Of a DNA stretch of 64,000 nucleotides, positions 13,726 to 25,293 are shown piece after piece. A program made the position numbers and the translations under genes. Source of the DNA: Vicugna vicugna (lineage: Eukaryota); assembly GCA_013265495.1 (NCBI GenBank), contig MU058423.1, positions 4,510,793-4,574,792 of the forward strand, read 5' to 3'. Position 1 is the stretch's first letter. Each line of letters starts with the position of its first letter. The notes under the pieces are model-generated. The model saw only the letters and a list, made by a program, of their open reading frames with translations, was not told the origin of the DNA and did not search any database.

Positions 13726-15219
13726 AGGTTTCTGTTGTTGCACAGATCCTTTGAGATGGAAATATTCCTACCAGGAATTTCATAGTTTGGGTTTTTTTTC
13801 ATACAGTTATTTTGACTCAATATTTTCTACTTTATATAAATAATTTATTTTTTATGATATTGAATGTTAAGTGCCTTAATAATAGCTAAAACTTGTGTGT
13901 TTACCATGAATGAGGCATTGCCTAAAGGTCTTATATGCATTATTCATTCATTCATTCATTTAACAAATACTTACTGAATACCTGATACTCTGTATCAAAA
14001 GGTATAATGGTGAACAAGACAGAAAAAAAAATCCCTGTTTTTATGGAGTTTATATTTTAGGGAATAATCTCTAATTCGCAAAAATCTATGAGGTGGATAT
14101 TATTGTCCCTATTTTCACAGTTTGGAAAACCAGACACGTAGCAGTTACATCCACCTCTTACTTACATTTTCTCCTGGATTACAAACTCCTCAGGAGCCAG
14201 TTCCCTTTATCTTCCCACAGTGTCTAGTGGAGCACCATATATATAGTCATCATATTAATTATTTTGATAACAATTAACATTTATTTCCTGCTTTCTATGT
14301 ACCAGAGACAACTCAGTCTTCACAAACGCTCTGTGGCAGGTCTGATTAGCTCCATTTAGAGATCAGAAAATAGGCAAAAAGAGGCTACGTGACTTGCCAT
14401 CGGCTAGGTTCTTGTGCTCTATATACGTGTGTTGAAATTAGCCCATGGGATTGCATACAAGCACTTCCTTCACTTATATTGCTGTGCGGTGTTCAGTTCT
14501 CAGTCACCTCTAAAGTCACTGTGGATCATGCTACGTGATACTTGTGGATGAGTTTGCATGGAGAAGTGACCTGAGCTGCTCATTTCTTCCATCTCTGTTC
14601 TGCAGCTACTCTGTTTCTAGACATCAAAGGAAGAAAGCAAGTTAGACATTGTGTTTTTGTCTAACCTCTGCATATGTTTTACTCAGAAGAGTTGTGGTGT
14701 GGGAATTGTTAGTTCCGCTGCAGAATCTTAGTTGGTTTAGTAATATTTTAAGTTAATTATGCTTCAATAAAAAGGAGAAAGTGAAGGACGGTTTTTAAAG
14801 AAGAATTTTTGTTGGTTTATTCACTTAATATTGTTGAGCTCCTTCTATATGCCTAGCGCTGTGCTGGGCTTTAAGAAAGAGAGGAGGAAGCAGTGTCTTT
14901 TTCTGCCCTAAGGAGCTCACAAATATTGGAGGAGGTCATTGAAAGGGCTTTACTGACTGTTGACCCAATCAGAGGGCAATCTGAGGCTCCTTCCGCCTCC
15001 TGTCTCCTTGTTCCCATAGCCAGAGCAACTTTCAGTTTTAAGAGAGTAAAGTGTCATTGAAACCATCTGGGCTGTGTACAGACTGAACCTCATTAAAGCC
15101 TCTATATAAAGCTTACGGTTTTGGAGGGTGGGGCACTCGGCTTGTAGTCACCCAAGACAGGTCTTGTATGTAAGTTCCCTTGCTTGTTAAATCTTCCATC
15201 TGCCAATCTGAATTGATCT

Positions 15220-16030
15220 GTGGCATATCAGAACATGTGTTTACAGCAGGACTGTTTACAGCGGGGGAGTGTCCTGTCTGCCGGCCCCTGTCTATGGCTT
15301 GGAAAATGGAAAGCTAAGGGGTGTATGATTTTGAATAAGCCCTTATGGGGTCAGGATATATGGAAAGTATTTGGGTTCATCTGCAAGAGCCTGAAACAGT
15401 CCTCACTGTCTTCCATATCCTGGCTTATAAGGCACTGACACCCCCTGGTAATGAGGAAGCTCTTGCCCTAGCTTGGGTACATGACCTAGGAGCTGACCTT
15501 TTGGCACATACAGCAGTTTCAGTGCATAGAAAGGGTGGCCACTCTAGTGCCTGGGTGGGATGGCTTATTGCCAAGGATGCCCAGTTGCCCTTGAAACAGT
15601 GACTTGGTTCATGTACCAACAGCGTGTCCTGTGTGTTCTTAACAATCGCCAAGGCAACCCACCAACAGAGTCTGGAGCCATTCACCGGTGTTCCAGGTCC
15701 CGAGGAGGGATCTGAAAATTGATTATATTGGCCCCCTTCTTCTTCCTGAGGGTTCTAAATATGCCTTGGTTTGTGTGGACACTGTATCTGGCCTAACCCA
15801 AGCCTTCCCCTATAACTGTGCAAACCAGGCTGCCACGATTAGGGGGTTAGAGAAGCGGTTACTCTCATAGAATAGTCACATTTCAAAGGTCATGATACGC
15901 AAGACTAGAAAGAAGACTGTAACACGGAATGGAGGTTCCATCTCTCCTATAACTCGCTAACAGCAGTGGTCATAAAAAGGAAAAATGGAATATTAAAACA
16001 ATAGATTAAATTACTAGCAGGTGAAACAGC
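15220..16030 (+). pseudogene. pol: Decayed retroviral pol fragment (RNaseH C-terminus and integrase), ERV-L/class III-like
   Basis: Frameshifted peptides PLWGQDIWK, VFHILAYKALTPPGNEEALALA, HRKGGH, IDYIGPL/CVDTVSG and KRKNGILKQ. Confidence 0.85.
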
Positions 16031-16499
16031 CTTGGCCTCATGCCTGACAGTGTTGACTCCCATGGGCAACGTGTATAATATGCACGACCAGCTCAGACTC
16101 CTGAAGCTGCAGCCACATTAACATCTAAAGGTCAGGCCACAAGTGTAATTCTTAGAAGGAGAAGATCTTCCCATACAAGTTTGTACTAAATATCTGGTTT
16201 CTTGCCCTTAGGCTTCTGCTGCTCCTCTGTTGACTGGTCACAGGATGGACACTTAATGGAAGCACCTTTTTACAGCAGGCCCACTCTTACTGTGGGCACC
16301 TGCCCCTCTCTTGCTCATCATGATGGGTATCACCACTCCAGAGAGAAAACTGGAAAGCAGTACGTTAAGGTAGAACAAACTAGGACTAGTACTCTTGATT
16401 CATCTGGCATTACCAATACTTGACCCAGAGACCTGGTCTGTGACACAGGTATCAACACGGGGCTTGGCCATTCTTTCTGTGCCTGTCGTACTACACGGC

Positions 16500-17453
16500 A
16501 GCCCATCAAACTGCTGACCAGAAGAGTCCTAAAAATGCCACCACTATGGTCACAGATGGCTACACTGAGAGCTGGAATGGGTTCATGTGGCTCACCCTGG
16601 GTTATGGACATGTGAACACCTGGCACCCCCTGTGTTGGAAACAGATGAGTCACTCTAAACAGAACCAACCCAATTGTACCAGGAATATGGGATGGATATC
16701 ACCAGAGCTGTGTAGTCATTCTGCCCCATTAAAGGATAGTGACTGGTTTGGGACTGACTGGTCATGACACCCAGATACTTGTTGGGTAGCCCGAATGGAA
16801 CCCAGTGGTTGTGTGGCACAGATCTTTGGCCATGGCCTCCACCTGGGCGGTTGGGCCACTGTGCTGTATCTAGGTCTTCCCTGGGCACAGGGGAGAATCC
16901 AAAGTATCAAAAATTGTCAACCTCCCTCTCCTCAAGGCCAGATGCGCACATTCTGTTTCCCACTGGTATGATCTTTTGGCTGCCATCTTTGTTCCCTTCG
17001 TTGGCCTGGAGGACGTTGTAGCACACATAGAAGCCCTTACTGAATTCACCAGGCAAGCCTTAGGTGATAGCCGTCAAAGCCTGTCTTCACTGAATGACGA
17101 AATGTCTCTAATGAGAAAAGGCTGTCCTCCAAAATTGGCCGGCCTTTAACATTATTACTGTCTCAAAAGGAGGCACCTGTGCCATTATGCAAACAGAATG
17201 TTGTGTGTTCATAACTAATGAGTCTGATAAGGCATTATCTTTATTAAATCATGTGATGATGCAAGTGAACGCTCTGACTGATCTGACTCCCAGCCTAGAG
17301 GACTTACTAAATCAGTGGTTCAGATCATGGGCTTCTTGGTGGAAAAAAACTGTTACTTATTTTGGGAAACACAGTCTTTGTGCTTTCTCTTGCGTGTGCT
17401 CGTATAGCTCCTGTGGAATCTGCCTCCAGTGCAGCCAGGTAGTCGCCAAATGA
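16500..17453 (+). pseudogene. env: Decayed gamma-type retroviral env (SU C-terminus and TM)
   Basis: SPNGTQWLCG..WPWPPPG..G.C, fusion-peptide-like WYDLLAAIFVPFVGL, a heptad region, ISD-like AVLQNWPAFNIITVSKGGT and CX6CC (CAIMQTECC). It carries frameshifts. Confidence 0.88.
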
Positions 17454-17552
17454 GCCACCTTCCTGCTAGTGAAACCCTTTACTGACCTCGCAGAGCACAT
17501 TGCAGGTCGGGGGCGTGTGAGAGTGTGTAAGAGCCAGTCACGAGGGTTGGAG

Positions 17553-17988
17553 TGTCGGAATAAGTCATCCAGAGGATGTGGCCATCTGTTGACCTTTAAG
17601 CTGGATCTGGGCGGTCAGAGGCACCTCACCCCCACCCCGTCCTTGAAATGTACATTTTGCCCACCGTTCCCGTAGTGGGAGCCATTTCGTGGATGAAGCC
17701 CTGAGAGAGTAAGGTGTTGTTGAGTCCGTCTGAACTCTGTACGTGACTGAACCTGCTAAAGCCTCTTTATACACCTTAAGATTCTGCCCGGCAGGTGTGG
17801 AGAGCTGCTCATCTTGTGGCCGCCCTAGACAAGCGTCTATTGTAAGTTCTCTTGCCTTTTAACCTGCCACCTACCAATCTGGAGTGGCTTGCCTGTTTTT
17901 TTTTGTTTTTTGGTCTCTCCTTGCCCTCCATGTGCCGGGACCTGTTTGAGATTTCACCCAGGGAAGCATCCGAGTGTGCAGACCAACA
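17553..17988 (+). mobile_element. 3' LTR of the provirus
   Basis: Starts with TG immediately after the PPT, ends ...gaccaaCA, and is homologous to the upstream LTR remnant. Confidence 0.75.
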
Positions 17989-19407
17989 TCAGTACAAAGA
18001 GCTCAAAGTCCATTTGGCAGACCTGTTACCCAGGTTTGTCTACGGTTTGTAAGCAATGCTGAGTCCCTTTCTCAAAAACGCAAGGATGATTCTTATGTTG
18101 TTCAAATATCTTCCCTCCACGGCTCTGCGGGTATTTAATTTTCACTCTGAATTTTCTCCTTGGGTTGAGGAACTGTTGTGTTTTCTTCTGACGAATACGG
18201 CTGTGCTCTCCACTTACATGCCTTAGGATATCAGTGGATATTGTAAGGGCCATGCTTAAGAAGTCAGTTAATTCTCACTTTCGCGTGTATTAAAGCTCTT
18301 TGTAAAGCGCTGAAATGACATTGTGGTTATTGTTGCCGTTACTGTTGGGTTTATGCTTTCTCAGCCCTGTCAACATGAGGAAATACCTGGATGACTGAAT
18401 CCGGTTTTTTTGTTGTTTTGTTTTGTTTTGTTTCAAATGTCGATTGAGTTGAATACTTTCTTCAAGGACAGGAAGGAAAATGTAACACATGCTTCCAGGC
18501 TTCTCTTTATAGTCTCCAGTATGGTTTACAGCCTCAAGCAGGGTTGTCTTTAATGACAGAACTGCCTTTTATCTTCTTTGTGCAAGATAAGATTGATCTA
18601 TTTTTTAAGTTAATACACCACTGGCTTTACATCCTTGTCATAGGCTTTGGGAATAGGTTAAAGCCTCTTTGTGTTGCATTATTTACTGTGCAGCCATATT
18701 CGAAAATACAATGAATACACTGAAATTAATAACTCTAGAAGGGTGCAAAGTGATAGTATTCACATTCAATTACAGAGATCATCGATTACATTAATATAAT
18801 AGTGATGCCATTCGAATGTAATATAGTGAATAAAAATAAAGTGGCAGGCTAACAGAATTTTAGCTTTTGAGTTCAGGGGAAAAAAAGTAAGATAAATGGT
18901 TAGCAGACATGGTTAATAGCTCAAGTACATGTGCTATAAGCCCTTATTTGAGTGTCGACTCTTAGCAAAGGACACCAGGCAAATGAACTTGAATATCCAT
19001 TTGATTAACTAGCTTCTTAAAAACTGAAATAGGCTTTTATATACTTTGGAAAGAATTGCTAGCAAAAAGGATAAGGGGATGGGCTTTTAATGGAAGTAAT
19101 CCTCTAAGACATTACTCCCTAGCAGTTAGAAATATAGAAAAGCAAGATAAACTTAAAATAAGCCTGATAAATCCTATCTTACCCATTGTCTTCACTTAAT
19201 AGATACTTTGGATCTGGATTAAATGGTGCTCAGTAGTCACCCTGAGAAATCCTATTCTTTATGTATTCTCCTTCCACTCCTCTTCTTACTGAACTAATAA
19301 TTACTTTTCCACTTACAAGTTATGCGTGAAGCCACTGAATGCAGTGATTGGGTGGAGTCCTAGTTCTTGGCTTAAGATCATGGATCTCTCATGAGTCATG
19401 TGTTCCA

Positions 19408-19570
19408 CAGATGGTGATTCTCGGACCTGCCTGAGCGTCAGAATCACCTGTGTAGCTTGTAAGAACTACGCATGCCTGGGTCTCTCTTCCGTAGATTTTC
19501 GTTCTATAGACCTGAGAAGAGCCAGGACAAACGTAGTTCATGATGCACAAAGACGATTGTGAATCCTACA
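19408..19570. mobile_element. MER5-type hAT-Charlie element
   Basis: ggtgattctc...tcagaatcacctgtgtagcttgtaagaa...atgcctgggtc. Confidence 0.55.
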
Positions 19571-20109
19571 CCATTGTTGGTTCAAAGCACATTTCATAAA
19601 GAGGTAATAAATTTTTAAATTAGTAATATTTTAACATTGATTTGAATTTATATTATTTTATATGTTTTCATGCATCTATAATTTTTATTACCCAACTAAT
19701 GCCTGTGTACTGTAGAAGCATCAGAAAATACAAAAGCAAAATGAAGAAAATAACTTCAAATATGACCACCGTTAATATTTTAAAATCCACAAGTGAATAT
19801 TTAGAATTTAACTACAGTAATAGAGCATTTGCCTTTGCAGTTGGAAAGCATAATCCCATAGCTGCAGCACAGAATAGTTTTTCTTATATATAATTAGATA
19901 CTACTTGGCTCAAATTGTCATTCTTTACTGAAGGGAGGCTCCCATTCACCCCTTCTTCCTCTGCTCAGTCACTTTTCTGGTTCTTTCCCTCAAGTTAAGT
20001 AGCATATCTGAGTTTTACATGAATGGGTCCAGCAAAGCTAATAGATGGTGGACTTTTGGAAGTATCAGTCCTGGGAACATACCAAACCGGTGTGACAGCA
20101 GTTCTGCCA

Positions 20110-20380
20110 TCCAGTCATTTATGCATTCAAAAAATTTATTGAGCACCTACTAACGTGCCAGACACTATGCTCTGTGTTGGTGACACCCAGTCCCTTCCCT
20201 AGAGACACTTCACACTCTAGTATGGGAGATAGATAAACAAAAATTAAGGTGTATTGTGTATGTGCTATGAAAGATGTATGTATGCACAGGATGTGCTGAG
20301 TGCACAGATAAGGGAAATCTAAATCAGAATAGGGAATTAGAGAGGATGAGTACAGAGAAAGGATGTGGACGTTGGATGCC
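20110..20380 (-). mobile_element. L2 LINE 3' end
   Basis: cattcaaaaaatttattgagcacctactaacgtgccagacactatgct. Confidence 0.65.
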
Positions 20381-20437
20381 AGAGCCCAGAACACTCATAT
20401 GTGGCCATTGCTGGTTTTGGGAACCTTTGTGTGTGTG

Positions 20438-20683
20438 TTTGTTGTTGTTGTTTATTTTTTTAGATTAAAACAATTTTTGATACAATTTTTAAAGGTTACT
20501 TTCTTCTCGCTTTTTCATTCTCAAGATTGTTTTGTCTATTCAGGGGCTTTTGTGTTCCCATATAAATTTTGAAATTATTTTTTTCTAGTTCTGTGAATAA
20601 TTCGTTTGATATTTTGATAGTGATTGCATTGAATTTGTAGATTGCCTTGGGCCGCATGGTTATTTTAACAAAATTGATTCTTC
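20438..20683 (-). mobile_element. Short chimeric L1: ORF2 fragment fused to extreme L1 3' end and tail
   Basis: 20503-20683 is antisense L1 ORF2 (ctcaagattgtttt...gattgcattgaatttgtagattgccttggg). 20462-20502 resembles a lineage L1 terminus (tttttaaaggttacttt). 20438-20461 is a T/(GTT) tail. Confidence 0.65.
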
Positions 20684-22499
20684 ACAAAGTGTGTATTTAT
20701 GTACCGTGTTTACTACCTAGAGGGGAGACTGGAAAGCTCTCCTTTGTCTCCTGATCTCCTTTTCTTAATAGTGTCTGTTCTCTTTTTCATAGATGCATTA
20801 TCTTTTATTGTATTTCTGAGGGTCTCGGAAATACTTTGAAAATTTCTTCTCCCTGTGTAGTTGCTGTTTCTTCTGAGAAGGCTGTTGCATTTTTGTTTGT
20901 CTTGGTCCCTGTCTTTCAAGGTAGAGGTCAGAGTCTTCTGAGAAAGCTCTTCCAGTCTCTTGTGTGATATATATATACCTGGCTTTCGACCTTTATGAAG
21001 TATAAGGGTAAGAAACCCGAAGTCTCAGCTTTCAGGATGTGAATGTTCCCTGGGGAAAACCATTACTCAGGTCATCTGGTTTTATGATGGTGGGACATGT
21101 GGTTCTTAAAAATATTTTTTGCTGATCTTTTGGCTTTGATATTGTGGCTTTATTTTCACCTACACCTCAGGCAAGGGTGTGGGGTGGGGCACAGTTAAAT
21201 GTCTCAGATGGGTTTGCTTCTCGCTTCGCTCATTACCTACTTTGCATTTTGCCTTCCTGGGTCTGCTGTCAGGTACCGTTAGTCAGTTGTCATTTACTTT
21301 TCTGACTTTTTACATTCACTCTCTTAGCTTTACTCTGCTCTTTTCTCTTTGTCTTTGTGGCTTCAAACAAAACAAAACAGCTCCATTATGGTATGATTTC
21401 AGGAAGGAGAGAAAGTAAATTCACGTAATCTGTCTCTTTGGCACTGTAATAAGATTTAATTTATAGTAATTCTAGGCAATAGATATTATCATCGTACCAC
21501 TTTTGAAGATTAAGGGAGTGAAGTTCAGAGAGATTAAGTGGCAGAAGAGCTAGTAAATGGAAGAGCTATGACTAATAAGAGGCTCCCAAACCTGCAGAGG
21601 GCTCACATAGGTTTCTAGGTCTCTTCTGGGCTAACATCTCAAAGACAAGCTCATTCTCCTGCATTTATCAGAGCCCACCCTGATTGCAAACCCAGCTTTA
21701 GGGACAAAGACAGCGATGACCTGTGAAGGGGAAATTGGATATGCAAAGCTGTGAGATAGCCCCACCTCTATATAGAGCTGACTTCTACCAGCTCCCTCAC
21801 CAGTATGGATTGGACTATATTCCAATAGAAATTCTTTCTTTTAGGAGCCTGACAAAGTTGAGTTTTGATGATCTATTTTAGTATTTGCTAATTATGAAAC
21901 GAAAGCCACCTGTTTTCAAAAGAAGGTGCTGGAATGGAGAATAATAGATATGTAAATATGGTGACTTTTATGGGCAAAAGAAGGTTTTTAGCAGCATGTT
22001 TTTAAAAATTAAGTATTTAACAGCTGTTTTGCAAAATAAATGAAATGCTTCCGTATTGTTAAAGAATATGCACAGGTGATTAATTTTAAAGTAAAACTTG
22101 TGACCTCATTTGACTATTTAGCATCACTAAATTAACTAATTTTATATACCAAATTATTAACCAGATTCTAAATATTTATCTTTTTCATGAAAGGTAAATA
22201 TAAATTAACAAGACTAATTTTCTTATGTAGTTTGTGAAACTGACCTCATGATTTTATGTCCATAATTGGTTTGGAATGGAATAGAAATTCCTTGTTCTAG
22301 AAGGGTTGTAAGATGAGACTTTGGGGGGTGTAATATTGTAAATTAGAGGGTGAAGTTTGCAGTGGAGGAAGATTTTTAAATACACTGAATTTAAAATACG
22401 AAAGGATGAAAAGAGATAACTAAAAAATCATATCTCTTCCCACCTGGCTTCTATTAACATGCAAATTTCTTACCCAGCAAATGGTTTACATTGGCCCCT

Positions 22500-22984
22500 T
22501 GTATGGACAGAAGTTTTCTGTCCGCCCTACAAATTTATATGTTGAAGCCCTTCCTCCCCACCCCCATATGACGGTATTTGGAGGTGGGGCTTTGGGAGGT
22601 AATTAGGGTTAGCTTTGGTCATGAGGGTGGTGGGGCTCTCGTGATGGCTTTATAAGAGGAAGAGAGAGAAGAAAGATCGGGGTCTCTCCCCCATTTGGGT
22701 TCATAGCAAGAAGGTGGCCATCTGTAAGCCAGAAAGAGTTCTTACCAGAACCTAACCATGCTGGAGAAAGAGAGAGAAGAAAGATTGAGGTCTCTCCCCT
22801 GTTTGGGTTCATAGCGAGAAGGTGACCATCTGTAAGCCAGGGAGAGAGCTCTCACCAGAACCCAACCATGCTGGCACCCTGATCTCGGACTTCCAGCCTC
22901 CAGAGCTGTAGGGAGATAAACTCCTGATGTTTAGATCCCCCAACCCATGCTATTTTGTTATGGCAGCCAGAGTTGACTAACATA
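22500..22984 (+). mobile_element. MaLR (MLT1A/MST-like) solo LTR with internal ~108 bp duplication
   Basis: tgtatgg...atatgttgaagccct...ggtatttggaggtggggc...gacttccagcctccaga...gactaa, with a 5 bp TSD cccct at 22495-22499 and 22985-22989. Confidence 0.85.
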
Positions 22985-24204
22985 CCCCTCAACATTGTAC
23001 TTCACCTTGTTCTAAACTTTGTGGGCCCCAGGGCCCCATGGGTTTCTCTCACATGGTGCCTCCCTTATTCTTGGTGTAAAATGTATCCCATGGTGCCTGA
23101 AACACTTCCTCCTCTCAGCACTTGGCAATCCTCTGTGTCCCAGTTTTGGAAGAGAAGCTGAAAATCTAGATTTTTATATGAAATTGCCTAACATTTTTAG
23201 TATTGACGTATCAGTGTATAATAAAGTATGTCTCTGGGCTGGATTGACCCTTATGCAACAAGTTTATAGACTTGGTTTTGATGTGTGTGTCGTGTCTCCT
23301 AAGTTCTGGGAGCATTTGTGTTTTATTTTCATTCTCTGATTCCCAAGATCTAAATGGTTGGTAATCAAATAATATTCGTTCTTACTGATGCTGATGCCTC
23401 TCACTTTTTCTGTTACTCCTTTCTTTAGGTAAAATACTCCCAATTACATTCATTCTTAGATTCTTCTTCAATTATGTTTTTAGTTCATTTCATTGTACGC
23501 CTTTGATGGCTCAAATTTTGGTGAGGACTATTGTTAGAGTCTTTAGCGGGAGAAATCTACTTGTCTGTACTCACCATTTTTTAACAAGATACTTTTGGAC
23601 CCAACCATGGGAACACTGACATGGAGATCTCTCCCCATCTGAGGACCTTGAACTGTACAAAGAAAGGAATTAATGGATGCTGTTGAATACAAAGAGGATT
23701 GCCTCCAGTTTCTGTGTTTTCCTTCTGTTTTCATTACTCACTATCTTGATTGTTGTTTCAACAATAGTGCTATGTTACTGCTCTGTGGTCCAATTTCTCT
23801 TGGTCTCAGGGGGAAGGCTGCTCTTTTACTCATCTGTTTGTTCCTGTTATGTGGAAATTAAACTTTAAGTGGCTATACACCTGTTTATTCATTCTGCAAG
23901 TGGTATTGCTCACCGTCAGTGGTTGTTTTTGATGCTAATACTGCTTTCTGCCTTTTTTTACTTGGATTCTTGACATGTTTGCAGGCCCGCAGTATCTAAT
24001 AAATAACAATAATGAATTCTTTACGAGTTTCGGTTTCTCCCTCACCACAGTCTTCCTGGAGTCAAAATGGAGAAATATTCTTTTTCCCTGTTTTCCTATT
24101 TGCTATACATAAAGTGTTTAATCAAGGTGTTTGTAAAATGAAGTTAGTTGTCATTTCAATGATGTAGTACTGATATGATTTTCTTATGAGCTATTTTTCT
24201 ACAA

Positions 24205-24850
24205 CTATTTTTAACACTTGATTTTTAGGATAGGTAATACACTTTCATAGTTCAAGAATAATATACAGAATGCTGAAAGATACACAGTGAAAAGTCTTAG
24301 TCCTACCTTTTCCTCTCCTTTGCTCAGTCCCTACATCCCAACTTCACAGGTAACTTCTTATACATCCTTCCAGTGTTTGTTTATGTACATGTAAGCAAAT
24401 GCAGATATATATGTATATTCTTATTTCTCTATTTTTTAAACACAAGATGCCATTGTTCTGCTTGTTGCAGTTTTCGCTTAGCATTATATCCTGGAACTGC
24501 CATATAAAAATAGATTGCCTCATTTCTTTATACAAGTAAATACTACTTCATTTGACGGACATGTCATTTATTTAACCAAGGTCTTACTGATGAACATTAA
24601 TTTTGTTTCTAGCATTTTACTAGGGCACGCCATATTGCAATGACTAGCCTTTTACAAACCTCATGTCACACATATGTAAACAGATTTGTGTAGAATAAAT
24701 TCTCAGAAGTGATATTATTAAGCCAGAAGGTCTGTCCATTTGTGATTTGTTGTACCAGTATATACTTTGAGCAGCAATGTGTGAGCTCATCCATAAAACA
24801 CTTTATCAAGCTTTTGGACTTTGTCTGATGGATAAATACAGTATCTCAGA
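24205..24850 (-). mobile_element. Old L1ME 3' fragment
   Basis: cagtgaaaagtct...aggtaac...atccttccag...tatatcctggaa...aaattctcagaagtg. Confidence 0.55.
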
Positions 24851-24873
24851 GCATAAGATGCATCATCTACATG

Positions 24874-25293
24874 TGTTCTGGGCTCAGTTGTGTTCTTCGC
24901 AAATTCTTACATTGAAACCCTAACCTTGTACCTCAGAATGTGACTGTATTTGGAGGGAGGGTCTTTAGGGAGATAGCTAAGTTAAAATGAGGTCGTCAGA
25001 GTGGGCCCTAATCCAATCTGATTGGTGTCCTTATAAAAACAGATTAGCACATACAGAGATACCAATTTATGCACAGAGCAAACAAACAAACAAACAAACA
25101 AACAAAACACGTGAAAGAGGCAGCAAGAGGGCGGCTGTCTGTAAGTCAAGGAGCGAAGTCTTAGAGGAAATCAGTTCTGAAAGCACCCGATCGTGAACTT
25201 CCAGCCTCCAGACCTGGGACAATATAAATGTTTTACTGATCAGGCTGCCCAGTCTCTTGTATTTTGTTAGGGCATTCCTAGCAAACTACAATA
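24874..25293 (+). mobile_element. MLT1B-like MaLR solo LTR
   Basis: acctcagaatgtgactgtatttgga...gtgggccctaatccaat...ggtgtccttataa...cttccagcctccaga...ctagcaaacta, with imperfect TSD acatg/gcatg. Confidence 0.85.

Larger units (their letters stand above)
14940..17988 (+). mobile_element. Internally deleted endogenous retrovirus (partial 5' LTR, RNaseH/IN remnant, env remnant, PPT, 3' LTR)
   Basis: Two related LTR segments (15040-15215 and 17700-17890), integrase peptide KIDYIGPL...YALVCVDTVSGLTQAFP, env TM motifs, and purine tract agggttggag before TG at 17553. The 5' boundary is uncertain. Confidence 0.88.

Noticed and set aside
16500..17453. Domesticated syncytin-like env gene
   Set aside because: It has multiple frameshifts and stops, and the furin site and ISD are degenerate.
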